From NCBI GenBank assembly GCA_902563305.1, contig CACEWP010000002.1, positions 87,066-151,065 on the forward strand: DNA of 64,000 nt, read 5' to 3'. Below, piece after piece: positions 49,560 to 61,555 of the stretch (its first letter is position 1; each line of letters opens with the position of its first letter). This stretch comes from an uncultured Alphaproteobacteria bacterium. Its GTDB lineage: Bacteria > Pseudomonadota > Alphaproteobacteria > Methylaequorales > Methylaequoraceae. The notes under the pieces were generated by a model. That model searched no databases. It was not told the DNA's origin and worked only from the letters and a program-made list of their open reading frames with translations. The position numbers were made by a program, and so were the translations under genes.

Positions 49560-50907
49560 ATCGGTTCTATTAATTTTTTTTATATCATTACCTAGTTATT
49601 TAAACGGGCAGGTTTTAATAAATAATGATCTAAAAGAATCTTTGGAAGCACTCTACAAATTTAATCCTAAGTTAAAATATTACAGAAATATTCTTAAGTC
49701 AAAGGACGAATTAATGCCTCAGGCTTTCTCTGAGTTCAGACCGGAAATAAGAGGTTATTATGAAAAGGGTAAGGTTCATACAAATTCTCATGGTTTCAAT
49801 ATAACATCAGATGGCATAAGGACAGAAACTAATAAAGGTATTAGTATAACTCAAGATATATTTGACGGGGGTAGTAGCTTAAGCAATGTAAAAGTTGCTA
49901 AGAATACTATTTTTTCTGAACGGAATATTCTTAAAGATAAAGAACAGGAAATATTCATTGATGCAATTAAGACCTATGCTGCTTTTGCAACTGAGGAGTC
50001 AAATTATTTATTAAAAAAGAAGAATGTTGAGGTCTTACAGAATAGATTTGAATTAACAACAGAACAGTTCGATATTGGAGAAGTTACATTAACAGATGTT
50101 TCAATAGCAGAAGCGAGACTATCATTAGCTAAATCAGATTTAATTGAATCAGAAAAAAATTTAGAATCTTTAGAGGCTAATTTTTACTTTATATTTGGAA
50201 TTAAACCAAATTCTCCAAAAATAGATTTAACTTTACTTGAATTTAAAAAAGAAATTAATGAAATTAAAAAAATAGGATTAAAAAAAAATCCCAAAGTTAA
50301 TGATTTAATTTTTCAAATAAAATCCTTAGAAAATAAAATAAGAAGTTTAAAGAGAAAAAAATTACCTAGTGTTAAATTAGAAGCCGATGCATATATTAAT
50401 GAGGGTTATTTTAGAACAGACAGTAAAAGAGAGGTTTTATCAGCTTTTGCAGTAGTTGATATTCCTCTTTATCAATCTGGAGCAGCTGCGTCAAAAATAA
50501 GGGAATCAAAGAATGAATTATTTGCTCTAAGGCAATTACTTAAGCAGGTTAAAGATGAAGTGAGTTTTAATATCTCATCTTCTAAGTCCTCTTATGACTA
50601 TTCTTATTCTAAAATTTCTGCATATAAAAAACAAATTGAGTCTAATAAGATTTACTTAGATGGACTAAGACAGGAGATGCAACTTGGAGAAAGAACAATG
50701 TTAGATTTACTAGATGGAGAGCAGGAACTTTTACAATCTGAACTTGATCTCGTAAAATCTTACAGAGACCTTTTCAATTTTTATTACGAGATTATGTTTT
50801 TTATGGGAAATTTGAACGCAGTTGATTTAGGTCTAGACGTAGAATATTTTGATGAAACCAAAAATTTTGATGATATTAAATACAAGTGGTTAGATATAAT
50901 TGAGTAA
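49537..50907 (+). CDS. tolC: TolC family outer membrane protein
   Basis: Q.IFDGG, F.IGEVTLTDV..AEARL, IPLYQSG, GERT.LDLLD.EQEL. Confidence 0.9.
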   Translation: MIMKMIYKSVLLIFFISLPSYLNGQVLINNDLKESLEALYKFNPKLKYYRNILKSKDELMPQAFSEFRPEIRGYYEKGKVHTNSHGFNITSDGIRTETNKGISITQDIFDGGSSLSNVKVAKNTIFSERNILKDKEQEIFIDAIKTYAAFATEESNYLLKKKNVEVLQNRFELTTEQFDIGEVTLTDVSIAEARLSLAKSDLIESEKNLESLEANFYFIFGIKPNSPKIDLTLLEFKKEINEIKKIGLKKNPKVNDLIFQIKSLENKIRSLKRKKLPSVKLEADAYINEGYFRTDSKREVLSAFAVVDIPLYQSGAAASKIRESKNELFALRQLLKQVKDEVSFNISSSKSSYDYSYSKISAYKKQIESNKIYLDGLRQEMQLGERTMLDLLDGEQELLQSELDLVKSYRDLFNFYYEIMFFMGNLNAVDLGLDVEYFDETKNFDDIKYKWLDIIE

Positions 50908-53507
50908 TGTTAGAAAAAAGATTTAACTTCACTAAAATCGAAAAGAAATGTTTAGAATTTTGGTCCAAGGAAAAGATATTTGCTTTCAAGGAAGATTCTA
51001 AAAAACATCCTTTTTGCATAATGATGCCTCCGCCTAACGTTACAGGTAGTCTTCACATGGGACATGCGTTAACATTTACACTGCAAGATATATTAATAAG
51101 ATTTCAAAAAAAGCTTGGTAAAAATGTTTTGTGGCAGCCAGGTACTGATCATGCAGGAATAGCAACGGAAATTGTGGTTGAAAAAGTCCTAAATGAAAGA
51201 GAAAAAAAAACTAGGAATGAATTAGGTAGAAAGAAATTCATTAAAAAAATTTGGGAATGGAAAGAAGAGTCTGGTGATAAAATTATTGATCAGATGCAAA
51301 GACTAGGCACGTCAGTTGATTGGAATATTTCAAGATTTACCATGGATAAGGGATTAAGTGAGTCTGTAAATGAAGTTTTTATAGATCTCTTTAATAAAGG
51401 ATTGATTTATAAAGATAAAAGACTAGTAAATTGGGATCCAAAGTTGTGCACAGCTGTTTCAGATCTTGAGGTTAATCAGATAGAAAAAAATGGTAAAATG
51501 TGGTTTATAAATTACAAAATAGAAAATAGCGAAGATTTTATCTTAGTAGGTACTACTAGACCAGAGACTTTATTTGGTGATACTGCAATTGCGATTCATC
51601 CAAAAAACAAAAAATTAAATTTTTTAATTGGCTCTTCTGCAGTTATTCCAATTTTAAATAAAAGTATTCCAATAATATCAGATGTTTATGCTGATCCTAA
51701 AAAAGGTTCTGGTGCAGTTAAAATCACACCTGCCCACGATTTTAATGACTTTGAAGTAGGAAAAAAACATAATTTAGAATTTGTTAATATATTTGATAAT
51801 AAAGCAAACTTAAATGATAAAGTTCCTTCAAATTTCAAAGGATTGAATAGATTTGCAGCGAGAAAAAAAATAATTTCCGAACTGAATAAATTAAAGCAAA
51901 TTGTAAAAGTTGAAAATAATAAAATGGTTATTCCAGTTGGAGAAAGAAGCGGCGAAATTATAGAACCTTTCTTAACTGATCAATGGTTTTTAGATACAAA
52001 AAAAATCTGTGTAAAAGTTGAAAAAGCTATTAAAGAAAAAAAAATTAATTTCTATCCAAATAGTTGGATGAATACTTTTAAGCATTGGATAAAAAATATC
52101 GAACCCTGGTGCATCTCTAGACAAATATGGTGGGGGCACAGAATACCGGTTTGGTATAGTAATACAGGAATTATGATTGCTGCCAAATCAAAAAGTGAGG
52201 CTCAAAAAATTCTAAAAAATAAAAGTAACGTTGCAGTAATTACCCATCAAGAAAACGATGTCTTGGATACTTGGTTTTCCTCTGCATTATGGCCTTTTTC
52301 AACATTAGGTTGGCCAAAAAAAAATAGTTTAATAAAAAATTTTTACCCTACAAATGTTTTGGTAACAGGGTTTGATATAATTTTTTTTTGGGTAGCCAGA
52401 ATGATAATGATGGGTTTAGAATTTATGAAAGAAGTTCCTTTTAAAGCTATCTATATTCATCCATTAGTAAAAGATGAAAATGGTCAAAAAATGTCTAAGT
52501 CTAAGGGAAATGTTATTGATCCGCTTGAACTAATTAAAAGTTATGGATCAGATGCACTCAGATTTACTCTAACAAATTTATCAACTCAAGGCAGAGATAT
52601 TAAACTTTCTAATAAATTAGTAGAGAATAGTAGAAACTTCATAACAAAAATTTGGAATGTTGCGAGGTTTAGCCAATTTAATAATTTCAGATATGAAAAA
52701 GGATTTAAACCTCAAAGTTGTAGTTTATTAATTAACAAATGGATAATACTAAGATTCTCAAGTATTCAACAAAAGGTCATTAAAAATCTAGAAGATTATA
52801 AGTTTAATTTGGTTATTTCTGAATTATATCATTTTATTTGGAATGACTTTTGTGATTTATATCTTGAACTTTCTAAATTTTATTTAAAAGAAGATAAAAA
52901 TAAAAAAGAAATTTCAGGAACCTTTAATTATGTTTTTTCAAGATCTCTAAATTTAATCAACCCAATTATTCCATTTATAACTGAGAAAATAGGAACTGAG
53001 TTGGGATACATTGAGGATTCATTCTATAATCAACAGATTTTAAATAAATCTAAATTTAATTATGAAACTGAATTAATTATTGAATTTGATCATTTTATTA
53101 ATCTTGTTAGAAAAATTAGGTTTGAAGTCGGAAAAACAAAGTCAATTTTAAAACTTGTGATAATTTCATCAAAAAAAATCAAATGGATAGAAGATAATAT
53201 ATTTTTAATTAATTCTATTTTTAACTTTAGTAAAATAGAATATTTAAAAAGTTATAAAGCTAAGGATCATAAAGTTATTGTTATCTCAGGGATAAAATTT
53301 ATTTTGAAATCAGTTGAAGATAATAATTCAATTAAGGAAGAATCTTTAGATAAAAAAATTACATTTTTTAAAAATGAAATAAACTTTTGTATGGAAAAAC
53401 TAAATAATCAAAATTTCATTAACAAGGCTCCTTTGAAAATTAAACAAAAATATGAAATTAAATTAGAGGAAGCAAAAAAAAATCTTAGATTATTGATAGA
53501 AACATAA
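50907..53507 (+). CDS. valS: Valyl-tRNA synthetase
   Basis: PPPNVTGSLHMGH, WCISRQIWWGH, KMSKS. Confidence 0.98.
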   Translation: MLEKRFNFTKIEKKCLEFWSKEKIFAFKEDSKKHPFCIMMPPPNVTGSLHMGHALTFTLQDILIRFQKKLGKNVLWQPGTDHAGIATEIVVEKVLNEREKKTRNELGRKKFIKKIWEWKEESGDKIIDQMQRLGTSVDWNISRFTMDKGLSESVNEVFIDLFNKGLIYKDKRLVNWDPKLCTAVSDLEVNQIEKNGKMWFINYKIENSEDFILVGTTRPETLFGDTAIAIHPKNKKLNFLIGSSAVIPILNKSIPIISDVYADPKKGSGAVKITPAHDFNDFEVGKKHNLEFVNIFDNKANLNDKVPSNFKGLNRFAARKKIISELNKLKQIVKVENNKMVIPVGERSGEIIEPFLTDQWFLDTKKICVKVEKAIKEKKINFYPNSWMNTFKHWIKNIEPWCISRQIWWGHRIPVWYSNTGIMIAAKSKSEAQKILKNKSNVAVITHQENDVLDTWFSSALWPFSTLGWPKKNSLIKNFYPTNVLVTGFDIIFFWVARMIMMGLEFMKEVPFKAIYIHPLVKDENGQKMSKSKGNVIDPLELIKSYGSDALRFTLTNLSTQGRDIKLSNKLVENSRNFITKIWNVARFSQFNNFRYEKGFKPQSCSLLINKWIILRFSSIQQKVIKNLEDYKFNLVISELYHFIWNDFCDLYLELSKFYLKEDKNKKEISGTFNYVFSRSLNLINPIIPFITEKIGTELGYIEDSFYNQQILNKSKFNYETELIIEFDHFINLVRKIRFEVGKTKSILKLVIISSKKIKWIEDNIFLINSIFNFSKIEYLKSYKAKDHKVIVISGIKFILKSVEDNNSIKEESLDKKITFFKNEINFCMEKLNNQNFINKAPLKIKQKYEIKLEEAKKNLRLLIET

Positions 53508-54277
53508 TGTTTAGGATAAAATTTCATGATATTTGCTTTATATCGAATAAAAAGCAGATTTATAATTCTAAAATTATTCTTTTTTTTTATGGTATAGGTT
53601 GTAGTTCGCATGACTTTGAATTTCTTTTTAGAAATCAAATTTACAAAGAACAATTGATTATTGCAGAACTACCTGGGCATAATAATGTGAGGAATTATCG
53701 AGACAACTTACTTTCTTATTCAAAAAAAATATATCTTTTTTTAAAAAAGAAAAACATTAAAGAGATAACATTTTTTGGTCATTCTCTTGGTGGTATCATT
53801 CCAATTTTATTAGTAAAGAACTTTCTTAAAAAAAAAATTGAAATTAAGAAATTTATAAATTACGAAGGTAATTTAACAGTACATGATACTGAGACTTTAA
53901 CAAAAAAAACTATTTCATATAACAAAAATGATTTTATGAAGTATAAGTTCAGCAAACTAATAGAGCTCTGTAAAGTATCTGATAAAAAGTTTCTTAATTG
54001 TTGGTCCGAATCCTTACAAAAAACATCACCTTTAAAATTTTATGATTTTTCAAGCGAATGTGTGAAACTAAGTGAAAAAAAAGAACTTTTAAGTTTCTTT
54101 AGAATTTTTTTTAAATTTAAAGTATATATTTATGGAGAAAAAACTGTACTTAGAGTTCCAAACTATTTTTTCGGTTCTGTCCGTTTCAAAATAAAAAACT
54201 CAGGACATTTCTCTTTTTTTGAAGATAGAATAGAATTTAGTAGAATATTCAATCAATTAATATTAAAAAAAATGTAA
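53507..54277 (+). CDS. Alpha/beta fold hydrolase
   Basis: ELPGH, GHSLGG, EGNL, SGHF. Confidence 0.75.
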   Translation: MFRIKFHDICFISNKKQIYNSKIILFFYGIGCSSHDFEFLFRNQIYKEQLIIAELPGHNNVRNYRDNLLSYSKKIYLFLKKKNIKEITFFGHSLGGIIPILLVKNFLKKKIEIKKFINYEGNLTVHDTETLTKKTISYNKNDFMKYKFSKLIELCKVSDKKFLNCWSESLQKTSPLKFYDFSSECVKLSEKKELLSFFRIFFKFKVYIYGEKTVLRVPNYFFGSVRFKIKNSGHFSFFEDRIEFSRIFNQLILKKM

Positions 54278-54278
54278 A

Positions 54279-56000
54279 ATGAAAAAAATTAGAAAAGAAA
54301 ATCTACCAAGTAGACATGTTTCTGTTGGTCCGAAAAGTTCACCTCACCGATCATATTACTATGCAATGGGACTAAGTGAAAAAGAAATTTATCAACCGTT
54401 TGTGGGTGTTGCTACTTGCTGGAATGAGTCCGCACCTTGTAATATTTCTCTTTCTAGACAAGCTCAATCCACTAAAAAAGGAGTAAAAGATACTAAAGGC
54501 ACACCCAGAGAATTCACAACAATAACAGTGACAGATGGGATTGCAATGGGGCATGAGGGAATGAAGTCGTCTCTAGTATCAAGAGAAATAATTGCTGACT
54601 CTATAGAGGTATCTATAAGAGGCCACTGTTATGATGGCTTGGTGGGTATAGCTGGTTGTGATAAATCTCTACCTGGTATAATGATGGCAATGTTAAGATT
54701 AAACGTTCCTTCGGTCTTTCTTTACGGAGGCTCTATTCTTCCAGGTAAGTATAAAAATAAAGAAGTAACTGTTCAAGATGTATTTGAAGCTGTAGGAGAA
54801 TACGACTCTAATAAAATATCAGAAGATGAGCTTTGTGATTTAGAAAAAGTTGCTTGTCCTTCTGCTGGATCTTGTGGTGGTCAATTTACAGCAAATACTA
54901 TGGCCTGTGTGGCTGAAGCTATAGGCTTAGCATTGCCAGGTTCATCATCCACTCCAGCTCCCTATGAATCTAGAGATAAATTTGCATATGAATCTGGTAA
55001 ACAAGTTATGAACTTAATTAATATACAATTAAAACCAAGAGATATTGTTACTAAAAAATCCCTAATTAATGCAGCAAGAATCGTAGCATGTTCTGGAGGA
55101 TCTACCAATGCCGCACTACATTTACCAGCACTAGCTAATGAAATTGGTATTGATTTTGATTTGATGGATGTAGCTAAAATTTTTAAAGAAACACCATATA
55201 TTGCCGATTTAAAACCAGGTGGCAAGTATCTTGCGAAAGATTTACATGATATTGGAGGTGTACCTATAATTATGAAAACACTACTTGATGGAGGTTTTTT
55301 AGATGGTAAATGTTTAACAGTAACAGGTAAAACTCTTGAGGAAAATTTAAGTTCTATCAAAGTAGACTTTGACTCGCAAAAAATAATTTATTCAACAAAT
55401 AAACCCATTTCAAATACAGGAGGTGTTGTTGGTTTAAAAGGTAATCTTGCCCCTGATGGTGCAATTGTAAAAGTCGCCGGATTAAAGTCTCAATTTTTTA
55501 AAGGTAAAGCTAGATGTTTTGATTGTGAGGAGGATGCATTCAAGGCTGTAGGTGATAAAAATTTCAAAGCAGGAGAGGTAATTGTTATAAGATATGAAGG
55601 TCCTAGAGGTGGGCCAGGAATGAGAGAGATGTTGGCAACCACAGCAGCAATTTATGGTCAAGGAATGGGGGAAAAAGTTGCGCTTATAACAGACGGAAGG
55701 TTTTCTGGTGCCACTAGAGGACTTTGCGTAGGGCACATAAGTCCGGAAGCAATGGGAGGGGGGCCAATAGCATTGATTAAAGACGGAGATGAAATCTTAA
55801 TTGATGCAGAAAAAGGAGTAATTGAATTAATCGTAGAAGAGAAAATATTAGAGCAAAGAAAAAAAATGATAAAGGTAAAAGAGAATAACTTTGGTTCAGG
55901 TGCATTATGGAAGTTCTCTCAAACCGTTGGTTCGGCAAGGTTTGGTGCTGTTACACACCCAGGAGGAAAAAAAGAGAAGAGAAAATATTCAGATATTTAA
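54279..56000 (+). CDS. ilvD: Dihydroxy-acid dehydratase
   Basis: [44 protein letters not shown]. Confidence 0.96.
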   Translation: MKKIRKENLPSRHVSVGPKSSPHRSYYYAMGLSEKEIYQPFVGVATCWNESAPCNISLSRQAQSTKKGVKDTKGTPREFTTITVTDGIAMGHEGMKSSLVSREIIADSIEVSIRGHCYDGLVGIAGCDKSLPGIMMAMLRLNVPSVFLYGGSILPGKYKNKEVTVQDVFEAVGEYDSNKISEDELCDLEKVACPSAGSCGGQFTANTMACVAEAIGLALPGSSSTPAPYESRDKFAYESGKQVMNLINIQLKPRDIVTKKSLINAARIVACSGGSTNAALHLPALANEIGIDFDLMDVAKIFKETPYIADLKPGGKYLAKDLHDIGGVPIIMKTLLDGGFLDGKCLTVTGKTLEENLSSIKVDFDSQKIIYSTNKPISNTGGVVGLKGNLAPDGAIVKVAGLKSQFFKGKARCFDCEEDAFKAVGDKNFKAGEVIVIRYEGPRGGPGMREMLATTAAIYGQGMGEKVALITDGRFSGATRGLCVGHISPEAMGGGPIALIKDGDEILIDAEKGVIELIVEEKILEQRKKMIKVKENNFGSGALWKFSQTVGSARFGAVTHPGGKKEKRKYSDI

Positions 56001-56768
56001 ACTAATCCAAATAGGAATGTGATCAGATGGTTTTTGCATGCCTCTATATTTTGATTCAAAGTTAATACTTTTTACAAATTTAAGAAATTTTGGAGAAATA
56101 AGGAAATGGTCAATTAAAAGTCCATCATTTCTCTCCCAACAAGCTCTTTGATAATCCCAATAAGAAAAAATCTCACCAGGCTTTTTAAATATTCTTACTA
56201 TATTGGTCAAACCGCATGAGAGAATTTCTCTAAACTTTTTTCTTGCTTGGTAACATCCCAATGCATCTTTTTCCCAGTTGTCAAAGTTTTTGACATCATT
56301 TTCATTTTCTAGAACATTGAAATCGCCAGCAATCAATAAATTTTTAATATTATCAACATAATTTTTAGAAATTTCTTTTAATTCAGATAGCCATAACATT
56401 TTAAAATTAAACTTTTCTTTATTGTCAATTGGATTTCCATTAGGTGTATAAACATTTAAAATATTTAGATCTAATTTTTTAATATAAATAAAATTTATCC
56501 TTGATTCTTTTAATAAGATTTTTCGATCAACTTTAACTTGATTGAAGTCTAATTCTTTTCTTAATAAGACAGCAACCCCAAATTTCCCTTTTTGTCCATT
56601 AATAACAGCTTTATAGTCTAATGCAGTGTAAAAATCTGGAAAATCTTCATTTGTGCATTTAATTTCTTGAAATAAAATTACATCAGGGCGGACTTCCTTT
56701 ATAAATCTTTCAATTAAATTAATTCTTATTCTGATAGAATTAATATTCCAAGAAGCAATTATTGTCAT
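55989..56768 (-). CDS. xth: Exodeoxyribonuclease III
   Basis: SWNINS, QEIK, Y.PNGN, GDFN, IDH.L, SDHIP. Confidence 0.93.
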   Translation of the reverse strand: MTIIASWNINSIRIRINLIERFIKEVRPDVILFQEIKCTNEDFPDFYTALDYKAVINGQKGKFGVAVLLRKELDFNQVKVDRKILLKESRINFIYIKKLDLNILNVYTPNGNPIDNKEKFNFKMLWLSELKEISKNYVDNIKNLLIAGDFNVLENENDVKNFDNWEKDALGCYQARKKFREILSCGLTNIVRIFKKPGEIFSYWDYQRACWERNDGLLIDHFLISPKFLKFVKSINFESKYRGMQKPSDHIPIWISLNI

Positions 56769-57086
56769 CTAGACAGAAAATGAGGTTCCACAACCACATG
56801 TGGATGTTGCATTGGGGTTTGTAACCTTAAAATATGATCCAATAATGTCATTTACAAAGTCAAGTTTAGAGCCTTTTAGAAAATTCAAAGAGGTAGGATC
56901 TATAAGGATTTTAACACTTTTAAATTTAAAAATTTTATCTTCTTTATTGATTTTTTTATCAAAGTTAAACTTGTAAGAAAAACCTTGACATCCTCCACCA
57001 TCAACTGAGATTCTGAAATAATCTTGCTTTTCTTTTAATGAGATTTCTTTTATTCTTTCAATTGCATTGTTAGATACATCAAACAT
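56769..57086 (-). CDS. erpA: A-type Fe-S insertion protein (ErpA/HesB)
   Basis: GGGCQGFSY, NPNA...CGCGTSFS; xth-erpA-dgt synteny. Confidence 0.85.
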   Translation of the reverse strand: MFDVSNNAIERIKEISLKEKQDYFRISVDGGGCQGFSYKFNFDKKINKEDKIFKFKSVKILIDPTSLNFLKGSKLDFVNDIIGSYFKVTNPNATSTCGCGTSFSV

Positions 57087-57130
57087 TATAAAAAACTACT
57101 TTATGTGTTAATAATATATTTATATAGATT

Positions 57131-58270
57131 ATGGTGCAATATTCAAATTTTTCAACTGATTATAAATTAACTAGGGGCAGAGTTTATCTTGAAGAAGATG
57201 ACTCTAATAGAACATGTTTTATGCGAGACAGGGATCGTATTATTCACAGTTCAGCATTTAGAAGGTTAAAATATAAAACACAAGTTTTTGTTTATCACGA
57301 GGAAGATTATTTTAGAACTAGACTTTCTCATAGTTTAGAAGTTTCTCAACTTTCAAGGTCTATCTCAAAAGTATTTAATATAAATGACGATCTAAGTGAG
57401 TCAATTTCCTTGAGTCATGATCTTGGGCATACCCCATTTGGTCACGCAGGTGAAGATGTTTTAAATGAGAAGATGAAAGATAGAGGAGGTTTTAACCATA
57501 ATTATCAAGCACTAAAAATCTTAACTGTTCTCGAAAAGAAATATTTGGATTTTGATGGTTTAAATCTATCTTTTGAAACACTTGATGGTATTTTAAAACA
57601 TAATGGACCAATAATTGGTGAAGTCCCATACTATATTCAAAGTTTTATTGATTTTTTTGATGGTAATAAAAGTTTACAAGGTTCTTTTGAATCTCAAGTG
57701 GCAGCAATGTGTGACGATATAGCCTATAATAATAACGATATAGACGATGGACTATACGCAGGATTATTTGAAGTTGAAGAGCTTGAGGAACTTGATCTTA
57801 TAAAAGATGCTTTATCTAAAATAAAGTTGAAAGAATCAAATAAATCTCAAAGATTTAAATTTGAACTAATTAGAAAATTAATAAACTTGATGGTAGATGA
57901 TTTAATTTCAAATACAAAAAATAATATTATAAATTTAGGAATTAAAAGCTCTAACGAGATTCTTGATCTTAATGTTCCTTTAGTTATTTTTAGTGATGAA
58001 ATGAAAAGTAAAGAAAAAAAACTAAAGGTTTTTTTAAAAAATAAAATGTATAATCATCCAAAAGTAAAAACAATGAACTTTAAAGCAAAGAAGATTATTT
58101 CAGATTTATTTGATTTATTTACTGAAGAACCATATTTACTTCCCAATAATTGGAGAAACCACGTAAATGAGGAGCAAAAATATATTAATGTTTCTGACTA
58201 TATCTCAGGTATGACTGATAATTATGCAATTAATATCCATAAAAAATATTTTGACCTATATAGTTTTTGA
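57131..58270 (+). CDS. dgt: Deoxyguanosinetriphosphate triphosphohydrolase
   Basis: RDRDRIIHS.AFRRL.YKTQVF, HDLGH.PFGH.GE, DDIAY, DYISGMTD. Confidence 0.95.
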   Translation: MVQYSNFSTDYKLTRGRVYLEEDDSNRTCFMRDRDRIIHSSAFRRLKYKTQVFVYHEEDYFRTRLSHSLEVSQLSRSISKVFNINDDLSESISLSHDLGHTPFGHAGEDVLNEKMKDRGGFNHNYQALKILTVLEKKYLDFDGLNLSFETLDGILKHNGPIIGEVPYYIQSFIDFFDGNKSLQGSFESQVAAMCDDIAYNNNDIDDGLYAGLFEVEELEELDLIKDALSKIKLKESNKSQRFKFELIRKLINLMVDDLISNTKNNIINLGIKSSNEILDLNVPLVIFSDEMKSKEKKLKVFLKNKMYNHPKVKTMNFKAKKIISDLFDLFTEEPYLLPNNWRNHVNEEQKYINVSDYISGMTDNYAINIHKKYFDLYSF

Positions 58271-59994
58271 TGCTTTTTAACGATTATCTAAAAAATAAGT
58301 TAAATAATTTGATATGTGCAGAATTCAAAGCTCATAGTATTCAAGAAATTCCAGATGAATCGTCTTTTAGTATCGAAATACCCAGTAATAAAAAATTCGG
58401 TGATGTTTCCTCAAATATTGCAATGATTTTTTCAAAAAAATTGAATCTAACACCAAGGGAATTAGCAGGTAAACTTTGTAATCAATTAAATGAGGATAAA
58501 TTTATAGAGAGGTTGGAGGTTGTTGGTCCAGGTTTTCTAAATTTTTTTTTTAAAAATTATTTTTGGCAAAATCAGTTAAAGGAAGTTGTTAGAAATTTAA
58601 AAATTTATAAATACAAAATCGAAAAGAAGAGAATTTGCCTAGAATTTGTTTCTGCTAACCCAACTGGACTAATGCATATTGGTCATGCAAGAGGAGCCGT
58701 ATTAGGTGATACTATCGCCTCTATTTTAGAGGAAGTAGGTCATGACGTTACTAGAGAATATTATATCAATGATGCTGGAGAACAAATAAAGAAACTTATA
58801 AATACAATTATTTTTCATCATAAAAATTTGACAAATGAAAAAATAAATGATGATAAAAATCTTTATCCAGGAACCTATTTAAAAGAAATTTCAGATACTG
58901 TGTATAAAGATAATTCACGAGAAGGGTTGTCTAATAATATTTTTGAAAAAAAAATAATTGACTTAATTATTAATGATATAAAAAAAGATCTTAAAGAAAT
59001 TAAAGTTGATCATAATTCCTTCGTGTCAGAAAAGAAAATATCATCGAAAGAAAATGTTGATAAAGTTTTAAAAAGACTTAAAAATAAAAACTTAATCTAT
59101 GAAGGTTTCCAAGAAAGACCTAAATCCTCCAATAATCAAAATTGGAAGAAAGATAAACTTCTTCTTTTCAAATCACAAAAGTTAGGTGATGATAATGATA
59201 GAGCACTAATGAAACCTAATGGTGATTTGACGTACTTTATGTCTGATATAATTTATCATCAGAATAAGATTGATAAAAATTATGACATTCTTTTAAATAT
59301 TTGGGGTGTTGACCATTCTGGTTACGTGAAAAGACTAGCAAATGCTCTTAAAGAATTAAATGTAAAAAAACAATATAGTTTTGAAGTTAAACTTACTTCA
59401 TTAGTAAATTTATTAGAGGGAAAAAAAATTATGAAAATGTCTAAAAGAGATGGTAACTATGTAACTATGAGGGAAGTTGTTGAAAAGGTTGGTTCTGATG
59501 CATTAAGATTTATGATGATTTCTAGAAATGTTGATAAAAAAATAGATTTTGATTTTAAAATTATCAAATCTAAAACAAAGGAAAACCCTGTTTTTTATGT
59601 GCAATATGCTTATGCAAGGTGCATGTCTTTAATTGAAACATTCAAGAGGACATTTGATTGTCCCTCAAAAAAAATTGATATTAATGATGCTGATCTATCT
59701 TTTCTTAACTTTGAAGAGGATAAAGTCTTAATAATAAAGCTCTCAAATTTTTTTAATATAATGATTGCATCTGCTAAATCTTACGAACCTCATAAAATTG
59801 CAAATTATCTTTATGACCTTGCTAAAGATTTTCATGCTTATTGGGGTTTGGGAAAATTAGATCCGTCTAAGAAGATAATATCTGATAATAATTATGAGAT
59901 TTCTTTTTCTAGAATATCTTTGGTTCTTGTAGTTAGTTTGATAATAAAAAAAGGTTTAGGTATTTTGAAAATAGATTGTCCTGAAAATATGTAA
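58270..59994 (+). CDS. argS: Arginyl-tRNA synthetase
   Basis: EFVSANPTG.MHIGHARGA, MSKR.G, NPVFYVQYA.AR. Confidence 0.96.
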   Translation: MLFNDYLKNKLNNLICAEFKAHSIQEIPDESSFSIEIPSNKKFGDVSSNIAMIFSKKLNLTPRELAGKLCNQLNEDKFIERLEVVGPGFLNFFFKNYFWQNQLKEVVRNLKIYKYKIEKKRICLEFVSANPTGLMHIGHARGAVLGDTIASILEEVGHDVTREYYINDAGEQIKKLINTIIFHHKNLTNEKINDDKNLYPGTYLKEISDTVYKDNSREGLSNNIFEKKIIDLIINDIKKDLKEIKVDHNSFVSEKKISSKENVDKVLKRLKNKNLIYEGFQERPKSSNNQNWKKDKLLLFKSQKLGDDNDRALMKPNGDLTYFMSDIIYHQNKIDKNYDILLNIWGVDHSGYVKRLANALKELNVKKQYSFEVKLTSLVNLLEGKKIMKMSKRDGNYVTMREVVEKVGSDALRFMMISRNVDKKIDFDFKIIKSKTKENPVFYVQYAYARCMSLIETFKRTFDCPSKKIDINDADLSFLNFEEDKVLIIKLSNFFNIMIASAKSYEPHKIANYLYDLAKDFHAYWGLGKLDPSKKIISDNNYEISFSRISLVLVVSLIIKKGLGILKIDCPENM

Positions 59995-59996
59995 AA

Positions 59997-60533
59997 ATGT
60001 TAAAAAACAAATTCAAATTCGTATGTCTTTTTCTTTCTTATAGTTTTTTTATAGGTATAATTATAATATCAATCAATGCTGTTGTTCCGGATGCTGAACT
60101 TCCTATTTTAGAACCCAAAGAAAATTTGGTAATGAAAATAGATAATAACTTTTCTAGAAATAAAAACTCTGCGTATGAAATCTTAGAAGAAAATAATGAT
60201 AATGAAACTATTGAAAATATAAATGAAGAAACTCTGAAGATAAATAATGAGAAAGTTGAAAATAAAAAACCTACTGATGAAAATAATAAATTTCGTTTAC
60301 AATTTGCATCATTTAAACAAAAGCAAAAGAGTTTAAAAATTTTAAATCAACTAAAGATAAAATTTTCAAAAATGGCTTTAAGCATAAACTTAACTGTTAA
60401 AGAGGTGAAAATAAATGATAAAGAGACTTTCTTTAGAATTATTTCTGAAGATAAGTATTCTTTTTTAAATGCCAGAAATCAATGTAAACTGGTTAAAAAT
60501 AAAAATATTCAATGCATCATTATTAAGAGCTAA
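59997..60533 (+). CDS. SPOR domain protein
   Basis: N-terminal TM, C-terminal RLQFASF...FFRI...A...C......C; argS-SPOR-nagZ synteny. Confidence 0.8.
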   Translation: MLKNKFKFVCLFLSYSFFIGIIIISINAVVPDAELPILEPKENLVMKIDNNFSRNKNSAYEILEENNDNETIENINEETLKINNEKVENKKPTDENNKFRLQFASFKQKQKSLKILNQLKIKFSKMALSINLTVKEVKINDKETFFRIISEDKYSFLNARNQCKLVKNKNIQCIIIKS

Positions 60534-60535
60534 AA

Positions 60536-61555
60536 ATGGAACATAAAGATGGAATAATTTTATCCTGTTCTAGTTATGAATTAAAAAAAAGTGAGATAGA
60601 ATTTTTTAAAATAATAAATCCTTTAGGTTTTGTACTATTTAAAAGGAACTTCAAAAATAAACTACAAATAAAAAAGCTTATTCAAAACTTAAAGGAAGTT
60701 ACACTTAATAATGATCTTTTAATTTTTGTTGATCAAGAAGGAGGGAGAGTTCAAAGATTTAATAATAATGAATTTATAATCTTTCCATCACAGAGTATTT
60801 TTGGCAATCTATATGAATTCGAAAAAATCTTGGGGTTAGATTTGGCTTATAAATCTTCATATTTAATGGGCTTACAATTAAATCAGGTGGGTGTCGATGT
60901 AAACTTTTCACCTGTATGTGATTTACTATTTGATGGTGCTCATGAAGTAATAGGAGATAGATCATTTGGTAAGAACCCTAAATTAGTTTATGAATTATCA
61001 AATAAATTTTGCGAAGGTCTTTCAGACTCAGGAATAGTTGCTGTACCAAAACATTTTCCTGGTCATGGAAGGTCAATGTTTGATACACATTTAAACAGTT
61101 CGATTGTAAAAACATCTTATAATGATTTAAAAAAAACAGATTTAGTTCCATTTAAAATTCTCAGTAACTCTCTAATGGTTATGTTAGCTCACATAGTCTA
61201 TTCATCTATAGACTCAAATGTTGCAACTTATTCAAGTGAAATAATTGAGAATATTTTGAGAAAACAATTTAAATATAAGGGCCTTGTCATTTCAGATGAT
61301 ATCTCGATGAAGGCCCTTAATGAAGACCTCCCAACAAAAGTTAAAAAATGTTACAAAGCTGGATGCGATGTAGTTTTATATTGTAAAGGTGAGATAAAAG
61401 AAATTAAGAGTTTCTATACTAATGTTCAAAAAATTAAAGATGAACAAATGTTTTGTTTTTTTGAAAGAAAAAAAAAGATAACACTTCAAAAAAAAAATGT
61501 TAACAAATTTAAAAGTGACCTGATAGAATATGGACTAATTAATGACTCATCTTAA
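60536..61555 (+). CDS. nagZ: Beta-N-acetylhexosaminidase
   Basis: LFKRN, DQEGGRVQR, KHFPGHG...DTH, SDDISM. Confidence 0.93.
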   Translation: MEHKDGIILSCSSYELKKSEIEFFKIINPLGFVLFKRNFKNKLQIKKLIQNLKEVTLNNDLLIFVDQEGGRVQRFNNNEFIIFPSQSIFGNLYEFEKILGLDLAYKSSYLMGLQLNQVGVDVNFSPVCDLLFDGAHEVIGDRSFGKNPKLVYELSNKFCEGLSDSGIVAVPKHFPGHGRSMFDTHLNSSIVKTSYNDLKKTDLVPFKILSNSLMVMLAHIVYSSIDSNVATYSSEIIENILRKQFKYKGLVISDDISMKALNEDLPTKVKKCYKAGCDVVLYCKGEIKEIKSFYTNVQKIKDEQMFCFFERKKKITLQKKNVNKFKSDLIEYGLINDSS

